From positions 3,740-67,739 of the forward strand of contig OY970181.1 in NCBI GenBank assembly GCA_963708045.1: a DNA stretch of 64,000 bases. The letters are read 5' to 3'. Shown here one piece after another: positions 9,226 through 18,625 of this stretch. Both the position numbers and the translations under genes were made by a program. A model generated the notes under the pieces. The model had not been told where the DNA came from. It saw nothing but the letters and a program-made list of their open reading frames with translations, and did no database searches. The DNA comes from an uncultured bacterium (GTDB taxonomy: Bacteria > Patescibacteriota > Patescibacteriia > CAIQCM01). How positions within the stretch are numbered: the stretch's first letter is position 1; each line of letters opens with the position of its first letter.

Positions 9226-9601
9226 TATAAGTTCTGAATATTTTCTAAATATTTATTTTTCAGATCTTATGTGACTCGGCAATACGAAAGCAGTCGGGCG
9301 ATCGGCGCCGACGGTATTCGTAATGGAGTAATTCATAAGATGTTTCATATCTATTAGTAGCAGTAACACGACACATTATTTCCGTCAAGGATTTTTACTT
9401 AAAAAATATAAAATTATGAAAACTAACCTCTCAATAAATTTAGCTCTGTTAAGCCAAAAAATCTATCAAGAAAACCTTGAAAGACGGAATTTTTTCGCCG
9501 AAACGGTTAAGCCCTTAATCTCAAAAAATAAAGATAAAAAAAAATAATGATGATTATTTCTAATTTTTGAGGCGAAAAAATTCCGGCTTTCAAGGTTTAT
9601 C

Positions 9602-10318
9602 TTAAACCGCCACCGGAAACCACAGCGCCGTTTCTAGCCGATAGCGCAAAAGCGGCGCGGTAAAAACCGCAAGATCAGCACCGGCGCAAATTGGCGCAAC
9701 GGGAATTGGCAAAGCCGCGTGCGCGCGAAGCAGATTAAAAGTATTTTCTGAGGCACGAATGGCAGTTGGGTCGGTTGGATGACAATGGACACAAACCGCT
9801 CCCCCGTGCGCCGCGGAAACGGCACAAATTTTTTCCGAACGGCAAATAACACATTCATCCAGTTCCGGACGATAACCGGCGTGCGATAACAGTTTTAAAA
9901 TAAACGCATCGCGAAGCGATCCAGCGTGTTCAACAGCGATCGTTTCCGCCGCACCGAGCGATTCGGAAAGCAATTCAAAAATTTCTCGGTCAACCGCTTC
10001 TGGTCGCGTCACCAGATCGACTAAACGAATAAAACAAGCGGCGTAGCGCATCCGCCAAAGTGAAAGTGAAAGCGCCGGAAATCGTTCTGCCGTTTCTACA
10101 CCAATAAGAAGTGGTCGCGAACGCCCTTCATAAATAAGCGTTCGGACGACGGCATAGTCTGAAAGCGGCGGTTGAAGTTTGGAAAGCGTTTTTCTGGCAC
10201 CGCGCACGCGTACCTCAATTTTCCCCCGCCGTTCGGTAAGGAGCGTATACAACCGGTCGTGTTCGGCAAGGTCGCGATGCCCGAGCACGATTGCTTTTGT
10301 TTGTAAGTAATTAGCCAT
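9602..10318 (-). CDS. recO: DNA repair protein RecO
   Basis: N-terminal OB-fold region plus a C-terminal Cys-rich zinc motif (CVICRSEKICAV...CVHCH) typical of RecO. Confidence 0.75.
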   Translation of the reverse strand: MANYLQTKAIVLGHRDLAEHDRLYTLLTERRGKIEVRVRGARKTLSKLQPPLSDYAVVRTLIYEGRSRPLLIGVETAERFPALSLSLWRMRYAACFIRLVDLVTRPEAVDREIFELLSESLGAAETIAVEHAGSLRDAFILKLLSHAGYRPELDECVICRSEKICAVSAAHGGAVCVHCHPTDPTAIRASENTFNLLRAHAALPIPVAPICAGADLAVFTAPLLRYRLETALWFPVAV

Positions 10319-10381
10319 TTACTAAACTTTTAACTGTTAACTTTTAACTTTTTAGAAAACACCAATACCGAGGTCGAAATT

Positions 10382-10861
10382 TTATGGACAAGCTTGAGGA
10401 ACTGGAACTGGAACATTTTGATCAACGCCAAACCATTCAACCCGTCCGGAAGTACCCTGGAATTGTCCGGGGGCAACAACCGAGAGAGCTTGACCATCAG
10501 CCGCCGTCGGAACATTTTCAATAGAAATAGTATATCTAACCGCAGGATTAGAGAAGGCGCCAAATCCACCATATTCAAAATGATAATGCCCGCCGTAAGG
10601 AGGTTTTGGCCATTTAATGTACGGCGCCGACCACGTCGTTTCCCAGGTATCAGAAAAATCATGGTCAAAACAAGGATACCCGCCATTAGTATCAACATAC
10701 ATTTGCAAGGCGGTATTAATTTGTCGCAAATCACCCAAAACGCGCGCCGCTTTCCCTTTGGTTCTTGAAACACCCAAAGACACCACGGCGATGGTTGAAA
10801 GCAGGCCGACGATAGCGATTACGACCAGTAATTCTACTAAAGTAAAAGCGCGACGAGACAT
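10382..10861 (-). CDS. Type IV pilin / pseudopilin-like protein (prepilin-type N-terminal domain)
   Basis: MSRRA|FTLVELLVVIAIVGLL class III signal. Start chosen at the internal ATG, which has an AAGGA RBS and a TATAAT box upstream; the ORF track start is 10891. Confidence 0.65.
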   Translation of the reverse strand: MSRRAFTLVELLVVIAIVGLLSTIAVVSLGVSRTKGKAARVLGDLRQINTALQMYVDTNGGYPCFDHDFSDTWETTWSAPYIKWPKPPYGGHYHFEYGGFGAFSNPAVRYTISIENVPTAADGQALSVVAPGQFQGTSGRVEWFGVDQNVPVPVPQACP

Positions 10862-10905
10862 AAGTCCGTCCTTATTATACCACTTTGACAAGACCCTGGC
10901 GCTGA

Positions 10906-11916
10906 TTAAAATTTCTTTGCCGTTGCTTTGTAATATTTTTTTATAAACTTATGAAACCGCCGGGCGGCCTCTTTTTTTCCAGCATCGGTTCGCGAAAGCA
11001 TATACAAATACGAAACCATTATTGCCGCCGCGTAAATGACGAAAAAAGAATCAAGCTCGTGATCAATTTTTGTGCCGCTACCGTCTTCATATCCGTTTAT
11101 AAAAGCGTCAAAAAGGTCGCGATTGTCGGTTAAAACCCAAATGTCGGTGCCAATCCGGTAAAGCGGCGTAAGCTCGTGTTCCACGAGCCATTCTTCCTTT
11201 GGCGGAAAGGCGTCTATTAAACAAAGCGCGCCATTAGTAAAAACAGCGTTATGGCTGTGCGCGTCGCCGCCGTGCCGAAGGGCGTCGCTTAATTTTCCTT
11301 CAAACAATTCTCTGTTTTTGTCGCGAAAAATATCTAAAAAATCACAATACTCTTTTGACTCGGCCTCATCAATATATTCGGCAACCGACTTAATCCACGC
11401 GCGCAAATCATTAATACGTCCACCGACCGTGTGGTAAAAACTTTTTCCTTTTATCTTGTGCGTATGCACGCGCTTAAGCGTTTCTGCAAGTTGCTTACCC
11501 ATGGCATACGACTCGTCTTTGGATATTTCGCCGCGCATTAATTTTTCAAACAGCACGTCTTTGGTGTCAAAACGTTTCATCACCATTACCAACTCTTCGG
11601 CTTTATCCGTTGGCTCGCAAAAATCAATATGACCATTAATTACTTTAATACCTTTTAATTCCAAATATATTGACGGACTTAAAGAATGATTCCATTCAAA
11701 GTCGCGTTTTGTAAAATCAAAGCGCGCCGACTTGGAAGAAATGTCGCGAAAACCTTTGTTAAAAAAATCATTATCATTTTTATAAAGTTTATAAACTAGA
11801 TCGCCAAAAACAAAGACGTTGGAAATAACGGTTTCAATATGCCGTGGCGGCTTACGCTCACCCAAAACCTTTCCTTGCTTAAACAAATCAATCAATTGTT
11901 TTTGCGAAGATGACAT
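10906..11916 (-). CDS. Phosphotransferase enzyme family protein (APH/choline-kinase-like fold)
   Basis: Brenner-type catalytic motif HGDAHSHN followed by CLIDAF, resembling the HGDxHxxN...IDxE pattern of aminoglycoside/choline kinases. Substrate unknown. Confidence 0.45.
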   Translation of the reverse strand: MSSSQKQLIDLFKQGKVLGERKPPRHIETVISNVFVFGDLVYKLYKNDNDFFNKGFRDISSKSARFDFTKRDFEWNHSLSPSIYLELKGIKVINGHIDFCEPTDKAEELVMVMKRFDTKDVLFEKLMRGEISKDESYAMGKQLAETLKRVHTHKIKGKSFYHTVGGRINDLRAWIKSVAEYIDEAESKEYCDFLDIFRDKNRELFEGKLSDALRHGGDAHSHNAVFTNGALCLIDAFPPKEEWLVEHELTPLYRIGTDIWVLTDNRDLFDAFINGYEDGSGTKIDHELDSFFVIYAAAIMVSYLYMLSRTDAGKKEAARRFHKFIKKYYKATAKKF

Positions 11917-11950
11917 AGAAACAGCTTAGCAATTACCCATAAAACTGAAA

Positions 11951-11998
11951 AGCGCGAACGGTTTAGGAGGCGTTATCCTCCAAAAACCGTCCGCGCTG
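11951..11998. terminator. Long hairpin terminator after the inositol monophosphatase-family gene
   Basis: GCGCGAACGGTTTAGGAGGCGTTATCCTCCAAAAACCGTCCGCGC stem-loop followed by a T-rich run on the minus strand. Confidence 0.6.
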
Positions 11999-12004
11999 GC
12001 TTGA

Positions 12005-12817
12005 TTACTTCTGTGGCTGCGATGCAAGCACCGCCTCTACAATCAGATCGTGGATCTTGCCATTCGACATGATGTGTCCCTCTATTTCACTACTGCCGCC
12101 GTAGCTGATCGGCCGACCGAAAATATCGGTCACTTTTCCGCCCGCCTCTTCAACAATCGGATGACCCGGAGCTGTATCGTGATACTTTTTTCCAGGGAAG
12201 ATAGTAGCAGCGAGTTCGCCGGTTGCGACGGCCGCCTCAAGGTAGCCAATGCTACAGAAATTGACGGTCATCACGCCTGCCGCCTCCAGACGTTTGCACA
12301 CGTCCAGAATATTGAAGGAGCATCCTGGCCAGGAAGCATAGCCGACCACTGGCATCTCCTTACCCCTGCGTTTGGCGATTTGCGAAACGTGTATCGGAAC
12401 ACCGTTCGCAAATGCCCCCTTGCCCCGTTCGGCCGAATACATCTGATGCTGGAATGGGTCGTAGATCACGCCCATCACTGGCACACAAATGTATATGAGT
12501 CCGATCATAAACGTTGAAACCGGCATTCCCCAGGTGTAAGGAAAGGTGCCGTCAATCGGATCGCAAGTGATCTGCCACGGACTGTTTGTCCGTGCGTTTT
12601 CTTCCTCGCCGATAATGTCCACGTACGTAGAGATCTTGCGAACAGCCTCAATCACAAGGCGATTGACGCTCGTATCGGCCTCTGTAAATGGCGTGGCGTC
12701 ATCCTTCACCTGACGCGCAATACCACCGCCGGGGACGAAGAGGTTGCTAATGATCGTACCGGCGTTAGTAGCAATGTTCTGTAACTCGTGGAGCTGGATA
12801 GGAGTAGGGGTTCGCAT
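12005..12817 (-). CDS. Inositol monophosphatase / SuhB / CysQ family phosphatase
   Basis: Metal-binding motifs DPIDGT and HDTAPGHPIVEEAGG (WD-x-AAG-like). Confidence 0.75.
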   Translation of the reverse strand: MRTPTPIQLHELQNIATNAGTIISNLFVPGGGIARQVKDDATPFTEADTSVNRLVIEAVRKISTYVDIIGEEENARTNSPWQITCDPIDGTFPYTWGMPVSTFMIGLIYICVPVMGVIYDPFQHQMYSAERGKGAFANGVPIHVSQIAKRRGKEMPVVGYASWPGCSFNILDVCKRLEAAGVMTVNFCSIGYLEAAVATGELAATIFPGKKYHDTAPGHPIVEEAGGKVTDIFGRPISYGGSSEIEGHIMSNGKIHDLIVEAVLASQPQK

Positions 12818-13034
12818 CTTACACGACCCTTCTTCGGCGCCAAGCCGAAAAAATTGTTGTTGATTGGTGAACTGAAAGGAACACTTTTGCCTTTAAATAA
12901 TCAAAAACAAAAGCGCATTTTCCAGTTATTTTAACTGTAAAACATACCATAAATTATCATTTTTGTCAACATCAATACCTATTTGTAAAGGTTTCGCCTC
13001 AACAAAATAAAAGTTAAAAGTTAACAGTTAAAAG

Positions 13035-13829
13035 TTATAAATTAGGCAAGGGCGTTAAAATTTCCGCGCCATCGTCCGTTACGACAATCGTCATTTCCCA
13101 ATGCGCCGCAAGCGAATGGTCGGCGGTTTTAACCGTCCAGCCGTCGGGCATAAATTTTACACGCCAAGTGCCGGCGTTAATCATTGGTTCAATCGCAAGC
13201 ACCATCCCCTTTTTTAAAATCATATCTCGCGAATTTGCATCAACAAAATTTGGCACGGCTGGTTCTTCATGCACAGCATAACCAACGCCGTGGCCAGTCA
13301 AGTCACGGACAACGCCGTAACCATTTTTTTCGGCGTGCGTTTGAACAGCACGGCTAATGTCGGAAATTCTTGAACCGGACTTAACGGTGGAAACGCCGCG
13401 TTCCAAACATTCACGCGTCACCTTAATTAGTCGTTCGGCTGGCGGCGTTATTTTCCCAACCGCCACCGTCATTGCCATATCGGTAAAAAATCCGTCTACT
13501 GCCGGATACTGCATCCCAATGTCCAAACTAATAATATCGCCGTCTTTTAAAATTCTCCCAGGATGCGCCAACCCGTGCACCACCTCGTCGTTTATTGAAG
13601 TGCAAACGGTAGAGTTATAAGCCATTTTTACGCCGCTAATTTTATAACCCTTAAAGGCAGGCTTGCCGCCGGCTTTTAATATTTCTTTTTCCGCAAGGTC
13701 GTCTAGGTCGGAGGTAGAAACTCCGGGCGCGACCCGCGCCGCCACTTTACAAAGAACACGACTAAGCAACCGTCCGCCGCGAAGGATGGCTGCAATCTCT
13801 GCCTCGGTTTTAATGATGCCGGTCTTCAT
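13035..13829 (-). CDS. map: Methionine aminopeptidase type I
   Basis: Pita-bread fold with conserved metal ligands (ISLDIG, FTDMAMT, HGVG, VLAIEPM). Position after adk as in canonical spc/alpha operons. Confidence 0.9.
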   Translation of the reverse strand: MKTGIIKTEAEIAAILRGGRLLSRVLCKVAARVAPGVSTSDLDDLAEKEILKAGGKPAFKGYKISGVKMAYNSTVCTSINDEVVHGLAHPGRILKDGDIISLDIGMQYPAVDGFFTDMAMTVAVGKITPPAERLIKVTRECLERGVSTVKSGSRISDISRAVQTHAEKNGYGVVRDLTGHGVGYAVHEEPAVPNFVDANSRDMILKKGMVLAIEPMINAGTWRVKFMPDGWTVKTADHSLAAHWEMTIVVTDDGAEILTPLPNL

Positions 13830-14496
13830 GAATTTTCAATCCTTTATCGCAAAAATTTATCATATCAATAATCCGTTTGCGCACTTCTTCAATATTTCCC
13901 TGTCCATCAACGCGGCGCAAAGCGCGACGACGCCGATAGAAACGCAAAACCGGAATTGTATCTTCGCGGTAACTCGCAAGTCGCTCCTTAATAATCGCCG
14001 GCTTATCATCGTCGCGATGAATAATCTTACCGCCGCAACGATCGCAAATTCCTTTTTTCTTTGGCCGATCAGCCTGAAGATGATAATTATGCCCGCACCC
14101 CGAACAGATTCTTCGTCCGGAAATGCGCCCAATGACTTCGTGATCGGTAATGGAAATTAAAATGGCGTGCGTAATATGAGCGACTTTTTCCAACATGCGC
14201 GCTTGAATAATATCGCGCGGACTGCCATCAATGACGATGCCGTTTTTCGCGTCGGGCTTGCCGAGGCGACGACGCAGTAGTTCAAAAGTCATATCGTTTG
14301 AAACGAGCGCGCCGGTCGCAACTGCAGCGGCCGCTTTTTTACCGATCGTCGTTCCTTTTTTAATCTCTTCGCGAAACATTTTACCGACAGAAACAAAGGG
14401 AATGCCTAAGGCATGGGCTAATGGTTCAGCCTGCGTTCCCTTGCCCGACCCGGGTTTGCCGATAAGAACAATTACTTCGCGATGAGTTTTTTGCAT
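13810..14496 (-). CDS. adk: Adenylate kinase with zinc-binding LID
   Basis: P-loop GKPGSGKGTQ and LID with CSGCGHNY...CDRCGG. Start taken at MQKTHREV; the 20-nt overlap with map is kept. Confidence 0.85.
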   Translation of the reverse strand: MQKTHREVIVLIGKPGSGKGTQAEPLAHALGIPFVSVGKMFREEIKKGTTIGKKAAAAVATGALVSNDMTFELLRRRLGKPDAKNGIVIDGSPRDIIQARMLEKVAHITHAILISITDHEVIGRISGRRICSGCGHNYHLQADRPKKKGICDRCGGKIIHRDDDKPAIIKERLASYREDTIPVLRFYRRRRALRRVDGQGNIEEVRKRIIDMINFCDKGLKIHEDRHH

Positions 14497-14562
14497 ACAG
14501 GAGAAAGTGGTTAAAAAACAAACGACTGGCGGCAAAAGTGCCGTCAGTCATTGTATCATGAA

Positions 14563-14799
14563 TTATTCAAGTGAAAAAAATGTTTCTTTAATTTCATCAA
14601 GATCAATATTTGACAGCGCGTGGTGTTCCTTAAATTCATGAAGCAAATGCCGCAGATCCGCTTCCCACAACTTTTTTCCAATATAAGGATGCAGTTTTTC
14701 TCTAAGCATTTCCCGTTGCGACTGCTGAAGCGAATGAATACCGAAAGTAATCTTTTTAAGCGATTCGCTCGTAAGTTCAACGAAGCGAGTGTTTAGCAT
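14563..14799 (-). CDS. Small hypothetical protein between secY and adk (78 aa)
   Basis: ATG sits 1 nt after the secY stop, so it is translationally coupled. No recognisable motif. Confidence 0.35.
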   Translation of the reverse strand: MLNTRFVELTSESLKKITFGIHSLQQSQREMLREKLHPYIGKKLWEADLRHLLHEFKEHHALSNIDLDEIKETFFSLE

Positions 14800-14800
14800 A

Positions 14801-16087
14801 TTATGCCGCGTCGTACTCGCGCATTATCATTTGCGCTTCTATTTGATGAACCGTTTCAATAATTACTGAGACAACGATAAGAAGCGAGGTTCCGCCAATA
14901 ACCAAATTTTGCGTTCCAGTAAACTGAGATACAGCGAGCGGCAAAACGGCAATCGCTGCAAGAAAGACAGCGCCAACGATTAAAACGCGATTAATCACGT
15001 ATTGCAGATATTGTGCCGTTGGCAGCCCGGGACGAATACCGGGAATATAACCGCCTTGTTTTTGAAGATTTTCAGCAACTTGTTCGGGGCGAAAAATTAC
15101 CGCCGTGTAGAAATAAGTGAAGAAAACAACAAGAATAAAATAGGCAATCGCGTAGAGTAGCTGATTCTTTGAAACCTCATAAACCCAGCTCGCCGCCGAA
15201 GCCAGCCACGCCGTTTTCGCGCCCAAAAGATATTGCGCAATAAGCGGCGGGAACAAAATTATGGAGATGGCAAAAATAATCGGGATCACACCACCCATAT
15301 TAACGCGCAGCGGCAAATGTGTGGTTGATCCGCCCGTTGTGGCTTGTCCGCGAACAAAACGCGCGTAGGTAACCGGAATATTTCGCTGAGCCTCGGTAAT
15401 AAAGACAACACCCGCAATCGTGATAACGCCGATGACCAGATAAGAAACAATATTGATTATCTGTGTTGCGTCAAAAGTCGTTGCCGCTTGTTGAACCATT
15501 GCCGGAAGACGAGCAACAATGCCAGCAAAAATGATAAGGGAAATTCCATTTCCAACCTTTTTTTCAGAAATTATTTCACCAATCCACATTAGGAACATTG
15601 AACCGGCTGTCATTGCGACAATAACCGTCGCGAGCTGGTAAATAGAAAGATCACCTAAAATCGCTTGACGCGAGCTTTGGTTAATAAGTTTAATAACGCC
15701 GTATGACTGAAGCGCGGCCAAAGGCACGGCCAAAACGCGCATATACTGGTTAAGCCGACGTTGTCCCGACTCCCCTTCTTTTTGAATCTCTTCAAGGCGC
15801 GGGATAACCATTGTGAGAAGCTGAACAATGATAGAAGCGGTGATATACGGACCAACACCCATCGCCGTTACGGAGAAGTTTTGGAACGTACCGCCAGAAA
15901 AAACGTTAAGCAAGCCGAGGTATTGGTTTGACGCAAAAAATTTACGAAGCGCTTCAATGTCCACGCCCGGGATCGGAATATGCGAGGTCAAACGGAAAAG
16001 AAAAAGAATTCCCAAAACCACAAGAATACTGTTACGCACTTCTTTTATCCGCCAAATCATTGCTAATTTTTTAAGATGAGTGGTCAT
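14801..16087 (-). CDS. secY: Preprotein translocase subunit SecY
   Basis: 10-TM SecY sequence. Start set at MTTHLKK to avoid a 32-nt overlap with rplO; the ORF track's longer start is 16153. Confidence 0.85.
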   Translation of the reverse strand: MTTHLKKLAMIWRIKEVRNSILVVLGILFLFRLTSHIPIPGVDIEALRKFFASNQYLGLLNVFSGGTFQNFSVTAMGVGPYITASIIVQLLTMVIPRLEEIQKEGESGQRRLNQYMRVLAVPLAALQSYGVIKLINQSSRQAILGDLSIYQLATVIVAMTAGSMFLMWIGEIISEKKVGNGISLIIFAGIVARLPAMVQQAATTFDATQIINIVSYLVIGVITIAGVVFITEAQRNIPVTYARFVRGQATTGGSTTHLPLRVNMGGVIPIIFAISIILFPPLIAQYLLGAKTAWLASAASWVYEVSKNQLLYAIAYFILVVFFTYFYTAVIFRPEQVAENLQKQGGYIPGIRPGLPTAQYLQYVINRVLIVGAVFLAAIAVLPLAVSQFTGTQNLVIGGTSLLIVVSVIIETVHQIEAQMIMREYDAA

Positions 16088-16121
16088 TTGTTTGGTTTTT
16101 AACACGGCCGACCGTTGGCTT

Positions 16122-16562
16122 TTAGCCAACAATGGAACCGCCTGCGGCTTCAATTTTTTTCTTTGCGCCTGCTGTCACACCAAGTCCTTTGATCGTAAGT
16201 TTAACATTTACTTTTCCGCCATCAACAAACTTTGCGGAACGCGCTGTCGCAGCAAGCAAATGTTCTTTTGCAAGCGTGCCGAGAGTAATTGTCGCGCCGC
16301 TTTTAAAAACATTAAGAACGTCAACCGGCAAGGCAATTGACTTTTTGTGAATAGAAGCAAAGCCGCCGAGTTTTGGCGTGCTCCGGATTGATTGCTTCAT
16401 ACCAATTTGGCGCAAATTTTTTCGTCCACCTTGGCGAGCGCGCTGTCCCTTAGTTCCTTTGCCCGCGGTTGTACCGCGACCAGACGCGTTACCGCGACCA
16501 AGTCGCTTGGTCTTTTGTTTCGCTCCGACCGCCGGACGCAAATTGTGGAGAGAGATCGTCAT
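16122..16562 (-). CDS. rplO: 50S ribosomal protein L15
   Basis: Gly/Arg/Lys-rich N-terminus (GRGNASGRGTTAGKGTKGQ) typical of L15, in operon position. Confidence 0.85.
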   Translation of the reverse strand: MTISLHNLRPAVGAKQKTKRLGRGNASGRGTTAGKGTKGQRARQGGRKNLRQIGMKQSIRSTPKLGGFASIHKKSIALPVDVLNVFKSGATITLGTLAKEHLLAATARSAKFVDGGKVNVKLTIKGLGVTAGAKKKIEAAGGSIVG

Positions 16563-16567
16563 AATAT

Positions 16568-17062
16568 CTAGCGATTTTTGAATTTAGAGAGGGCGAGCAT
16601 TGTCGCCTTGAGCATGTTAATCTTGTTCTTTCCGTTTAGAATTTTTCCGATAACGTTCGGCACGCCGCCCAGTTCCAAAACCGTGCGTACCGCGCCGCCC
16701 GCCTTAATTCCCGAGCCTTGCGGCGCCGGCTTAAGCATAACCATTGAGGCCCCAAACTTAGCACGCGTTTCGTGCGGAATTGTCCCCTTAATGATCGTGA
16801 TCGTGATCATCCGTTTTTTGGCATCGCGAGCCGCTTTGTTAACCGAAAAAGTAACATCGTTACCTTTGCCAACACCAAAACCGACGTGACCCTTTTTATC
16901 GCCAACGACAACCGTCGCGCGAAAACGCATCCGTTTTCCGCCTTTGGTTACGCGTGTGACGCGGGCAATATCCAAAATCTTCTGTTCAAATTCTTTTTCT
17001 TCGCGGATTACTTCCCCGCGTCGTGGTCCCCGGTCTTCTTTTCCTCGCATTTGTGCAGTCAT
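16568..17062 (-). CDS. rpsE: 30S ribosomal protein S5
   Basis: S5 dsRBD and C-terminal domain (VTRVTKGGKRMRF...GSGIKAGGAVR). L30 is absent between S5 and L15. Confidence 0.9.
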   Translation of the reverse strand: MTAQMRGKEDRGPRRGEVIREEKEFEQKILDIARVTRVTKGGKRMRFRATVVVGDKKGHVGFGVGKGNDVTFSVNKAARDAKKRMITITIIKGTIPHETRAKFGASMVMLKPAPQGSGIKAGGAVRTVLELGGVPNVIGKILNGKNKINMLKATMLALSKFKNR

Positions 17063-17128
17063 AGGTCTTTTTGCTATTTGCTAAAAAATGAGTCCGCCTT
17101 CGCGCGCGGCATCGGCCAAAGCCTTAAC

Positions 17129-17452
17129 TCAACCGTGATAACGATGGGCGCGGCGATCAAAAACAACGGTGGTAACGCCGGCTTTCTTTGCCTTTTCCGC
17201 GATTAATTTTCCGACCGCGGCGGCCGTTGTTACTTTGCCTTCAAGCTTTTCTTTTATTTCGTGATCACCAGCTGCAACCAAAGTGCGTCCATTTTCATCA
17301 TTAATGATCTGCGCGCGCATATGCTTTAAGCTGCGCTCCACAACCAAACGAGGGCGTCCCGCGGTGCCAAAAACAACCGCGCGTACACGCGCGATGCGGC
17401 GAGCCTTCATAAAATTATTGCGCTTCCCTTTGTTTTTTATTTTTATTCCCAT
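17129..17452 (-). CDS. rplR: 50S ribosomal protein L18
   Basis: L18 family (GTAGRPRLVVERSLKHMRAQIIND). Start taken at the ATG (MGIKIK) rather than the upstream TTG at 17479. Confidence 0.85.
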   Translation of the reverse strand: MGIKIKNKGKRNNFMKARRIARVRAVVFGTAGRPRLVVERSLKHMRAQIINDENGRTLVAAGDHEIKEKLEGKVTTAAAVGKLIAEKAKKAGVTTVVFDRRAHRYHG

Positions 17453-17481
17453 ATTCTTTTTGCTATTTGCTACACGCAAGA

Positions 17482-18039
17482 TTACTTGGCGCCAGCGGCC
17501 TTCGCTGCCTTACCAGCCTTCTGTCTAACCACCTCGCCAACATAACGAATACCCTTACCCTTATACGGTTCCGGCTTTTTAAGTTTTCTGATTTTCGCGG
17601 CGACTTCGCCAACCTGCTGTTTGTCAGAGCCAGAAAGAGTAATGACGTTCTTTTCAACTTTCGCTTCAACCCCCTTTGGAAGTTCAAAAACAACAGGATG
17701 AGAAAAACCGAGTTCAAGATTCAACTTGTTTCCGGCAAGCGCGGCTTTAAAACCAACGCCAATAAGTTCCAACGATTTGCTAAAACCAGTCGTCACGCCA
17801 TCAAACATATTCCGGATAATCTTGTGGGTAAGCCCCCAAAGCCCGCGATCCAAAAGCGTGTCTGGAAAGGCAACGCCAACGCTCACGGTCTTTTCGGCAT
17901 CGTTAACAGTAATAATGGCGTGCGGGTGGACATGAAAAACAAGTTCGCCCTTTGGCCCTTTTACGTTAACCACACCTTCGTGATATTTAACCGTAACGGC
18001 TCCTGGTATTTTAATTGGTTTTTTTCCTAAGCGGCTCAT
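17482..18039 (-). CDS. rplF: 50S ribosomal protein L6
   Basis: MSRLGKKPIKIPGAVTVKYHEGVVNVKGPKGEL is canonical L6. Confidence 0.9.
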   Translation of the reverse strand: MSRLGKKPIKIPGAVTVKYHEGVVNVKGPKGELVFHVHPHAIITVNDAEKTVSVGVAFPDTLLDRGLWGLTHKIIRNMFDGVTTGFSKSLELIGVGFKAALAGNKLNLELGFSHPVVFELPKGVEAKVEKNVITLSGSDKQQVGEVAAKIRKLKKPEPYKGKGIRYVGEVVRQKAGKAAKAAGAK

Positions 18040-18045
18040 AAAGGT

Positions 18046-18426
18046 TTAGTAAATTTCACAGACAATCTCGCCACCAAGCGACCGCATCTTGGCTTCAACG
18101 TTAGTCATTAATCCTTGTGAAGTGGAAATAATCGCAATGCCTCGTCCCGAAAGAACCATTGGCAATTCATCATGCTTGCGATAAACGCGTCGTCCAGGCT
18201 TGGAAATACGTTTAATGTCCGTAACAGCTGCAAGTCCATTCACAAAACGAATCGTAAATGAAAGCTCTTTACCGTCATTCTTAACATCTTCTAGATAACC
18301 TTCTTTTTCCAGAATTTTCGCAATCGTGAATTTAATTTTTGAATTCGGCAAAGCAACCTCGCGCTTTTTCGCGGCGGCGGCATTCCTAATTCTTGTTAAC
18401 ATGTCGGCGATAGGATCGGTCATCAT
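18046..18426 (-). CDS. rpsH: 30S ribosomal protein S8
   Basis: MTDPIADMLTRIRNA N-terminus is diagnostic of S8. Confidence 0.9.
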   Translation of the reverse strand: MMTDPIADMLTRIRNAAAAKKREVALPNSKIKFTIAKILEKEGYLEDVKNDGKELSFTIRFVNGLAAVTDIKRISKPGRRVYRKHDELPMVLSGRGIAIISTSQGLMTNVEAKMRSLGGEIVCEIY

Positions 18427-18431
18427 ATGGT

Positions 18432-18620
18432 TTACCAGCTAGCTTTAACGACTCCAGGGATTTCTCCGCGGTTGGCCAATTCACGGAAGCAAATGCGACA
18501 AAGTTCAAAGTCGCGCATGTATCCGCGTTTTCGGCCGCAACGCCAACAACGGCGAACGATCCGGGTCGTAAATTTCGGTTTGCGTTTAAAGGTTTTATTG
18601 TATTGGGAAGTCGTTGACAT
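18432..18620 (-). CDS. rpsZ: 30S ribosomal protein S14 type Z (zinc-binding)
   Basis: 61-aa S14 with CxxC...CxxC ([20 protein letters not shown]). Confidence 0.9.
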   Translation of the reverse strand: MSTTSQYNKTFKRKPKFTTRIVRRCWRCGRKRGYMRDFELCRICFRELANRGEIPGVVKASW

Positions 18621-18625
18621 AGGAT

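Noticed and set aside
9285-9320. Fluoride (crcB) riboswitch because of GGGCGATCGGCGCC
   Set aside because: Only the first 7 nt resemble the motif, the downstream pseudoknot elements are absent, and the downstream gene is an MFS transporter rather than crcB/eriC.
10394-10768. 124-aa plus-strand ORF inside the pilin-like gene
   Set aside because: Antisense to a gene with a clear prepilin signal, promoter and RBS. Arg/Asn-rich translation without features.
12825-12850. Hairpin CTTCGGCGCCAAGCCGAAG near the IMPase start read as a terminator
   Set aside because: No U-tract follows on either strand. It more likely sits in the 5' UTR, so it is not called.
14556-14780. Alternative 74-aa ORF between secY and adk
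   Set aside because: It overlaps the better-placed, translationally coupled 78-aa ORF (14563..14799) in another frame and has a low-complexity Leu/Arg/Cys composition.
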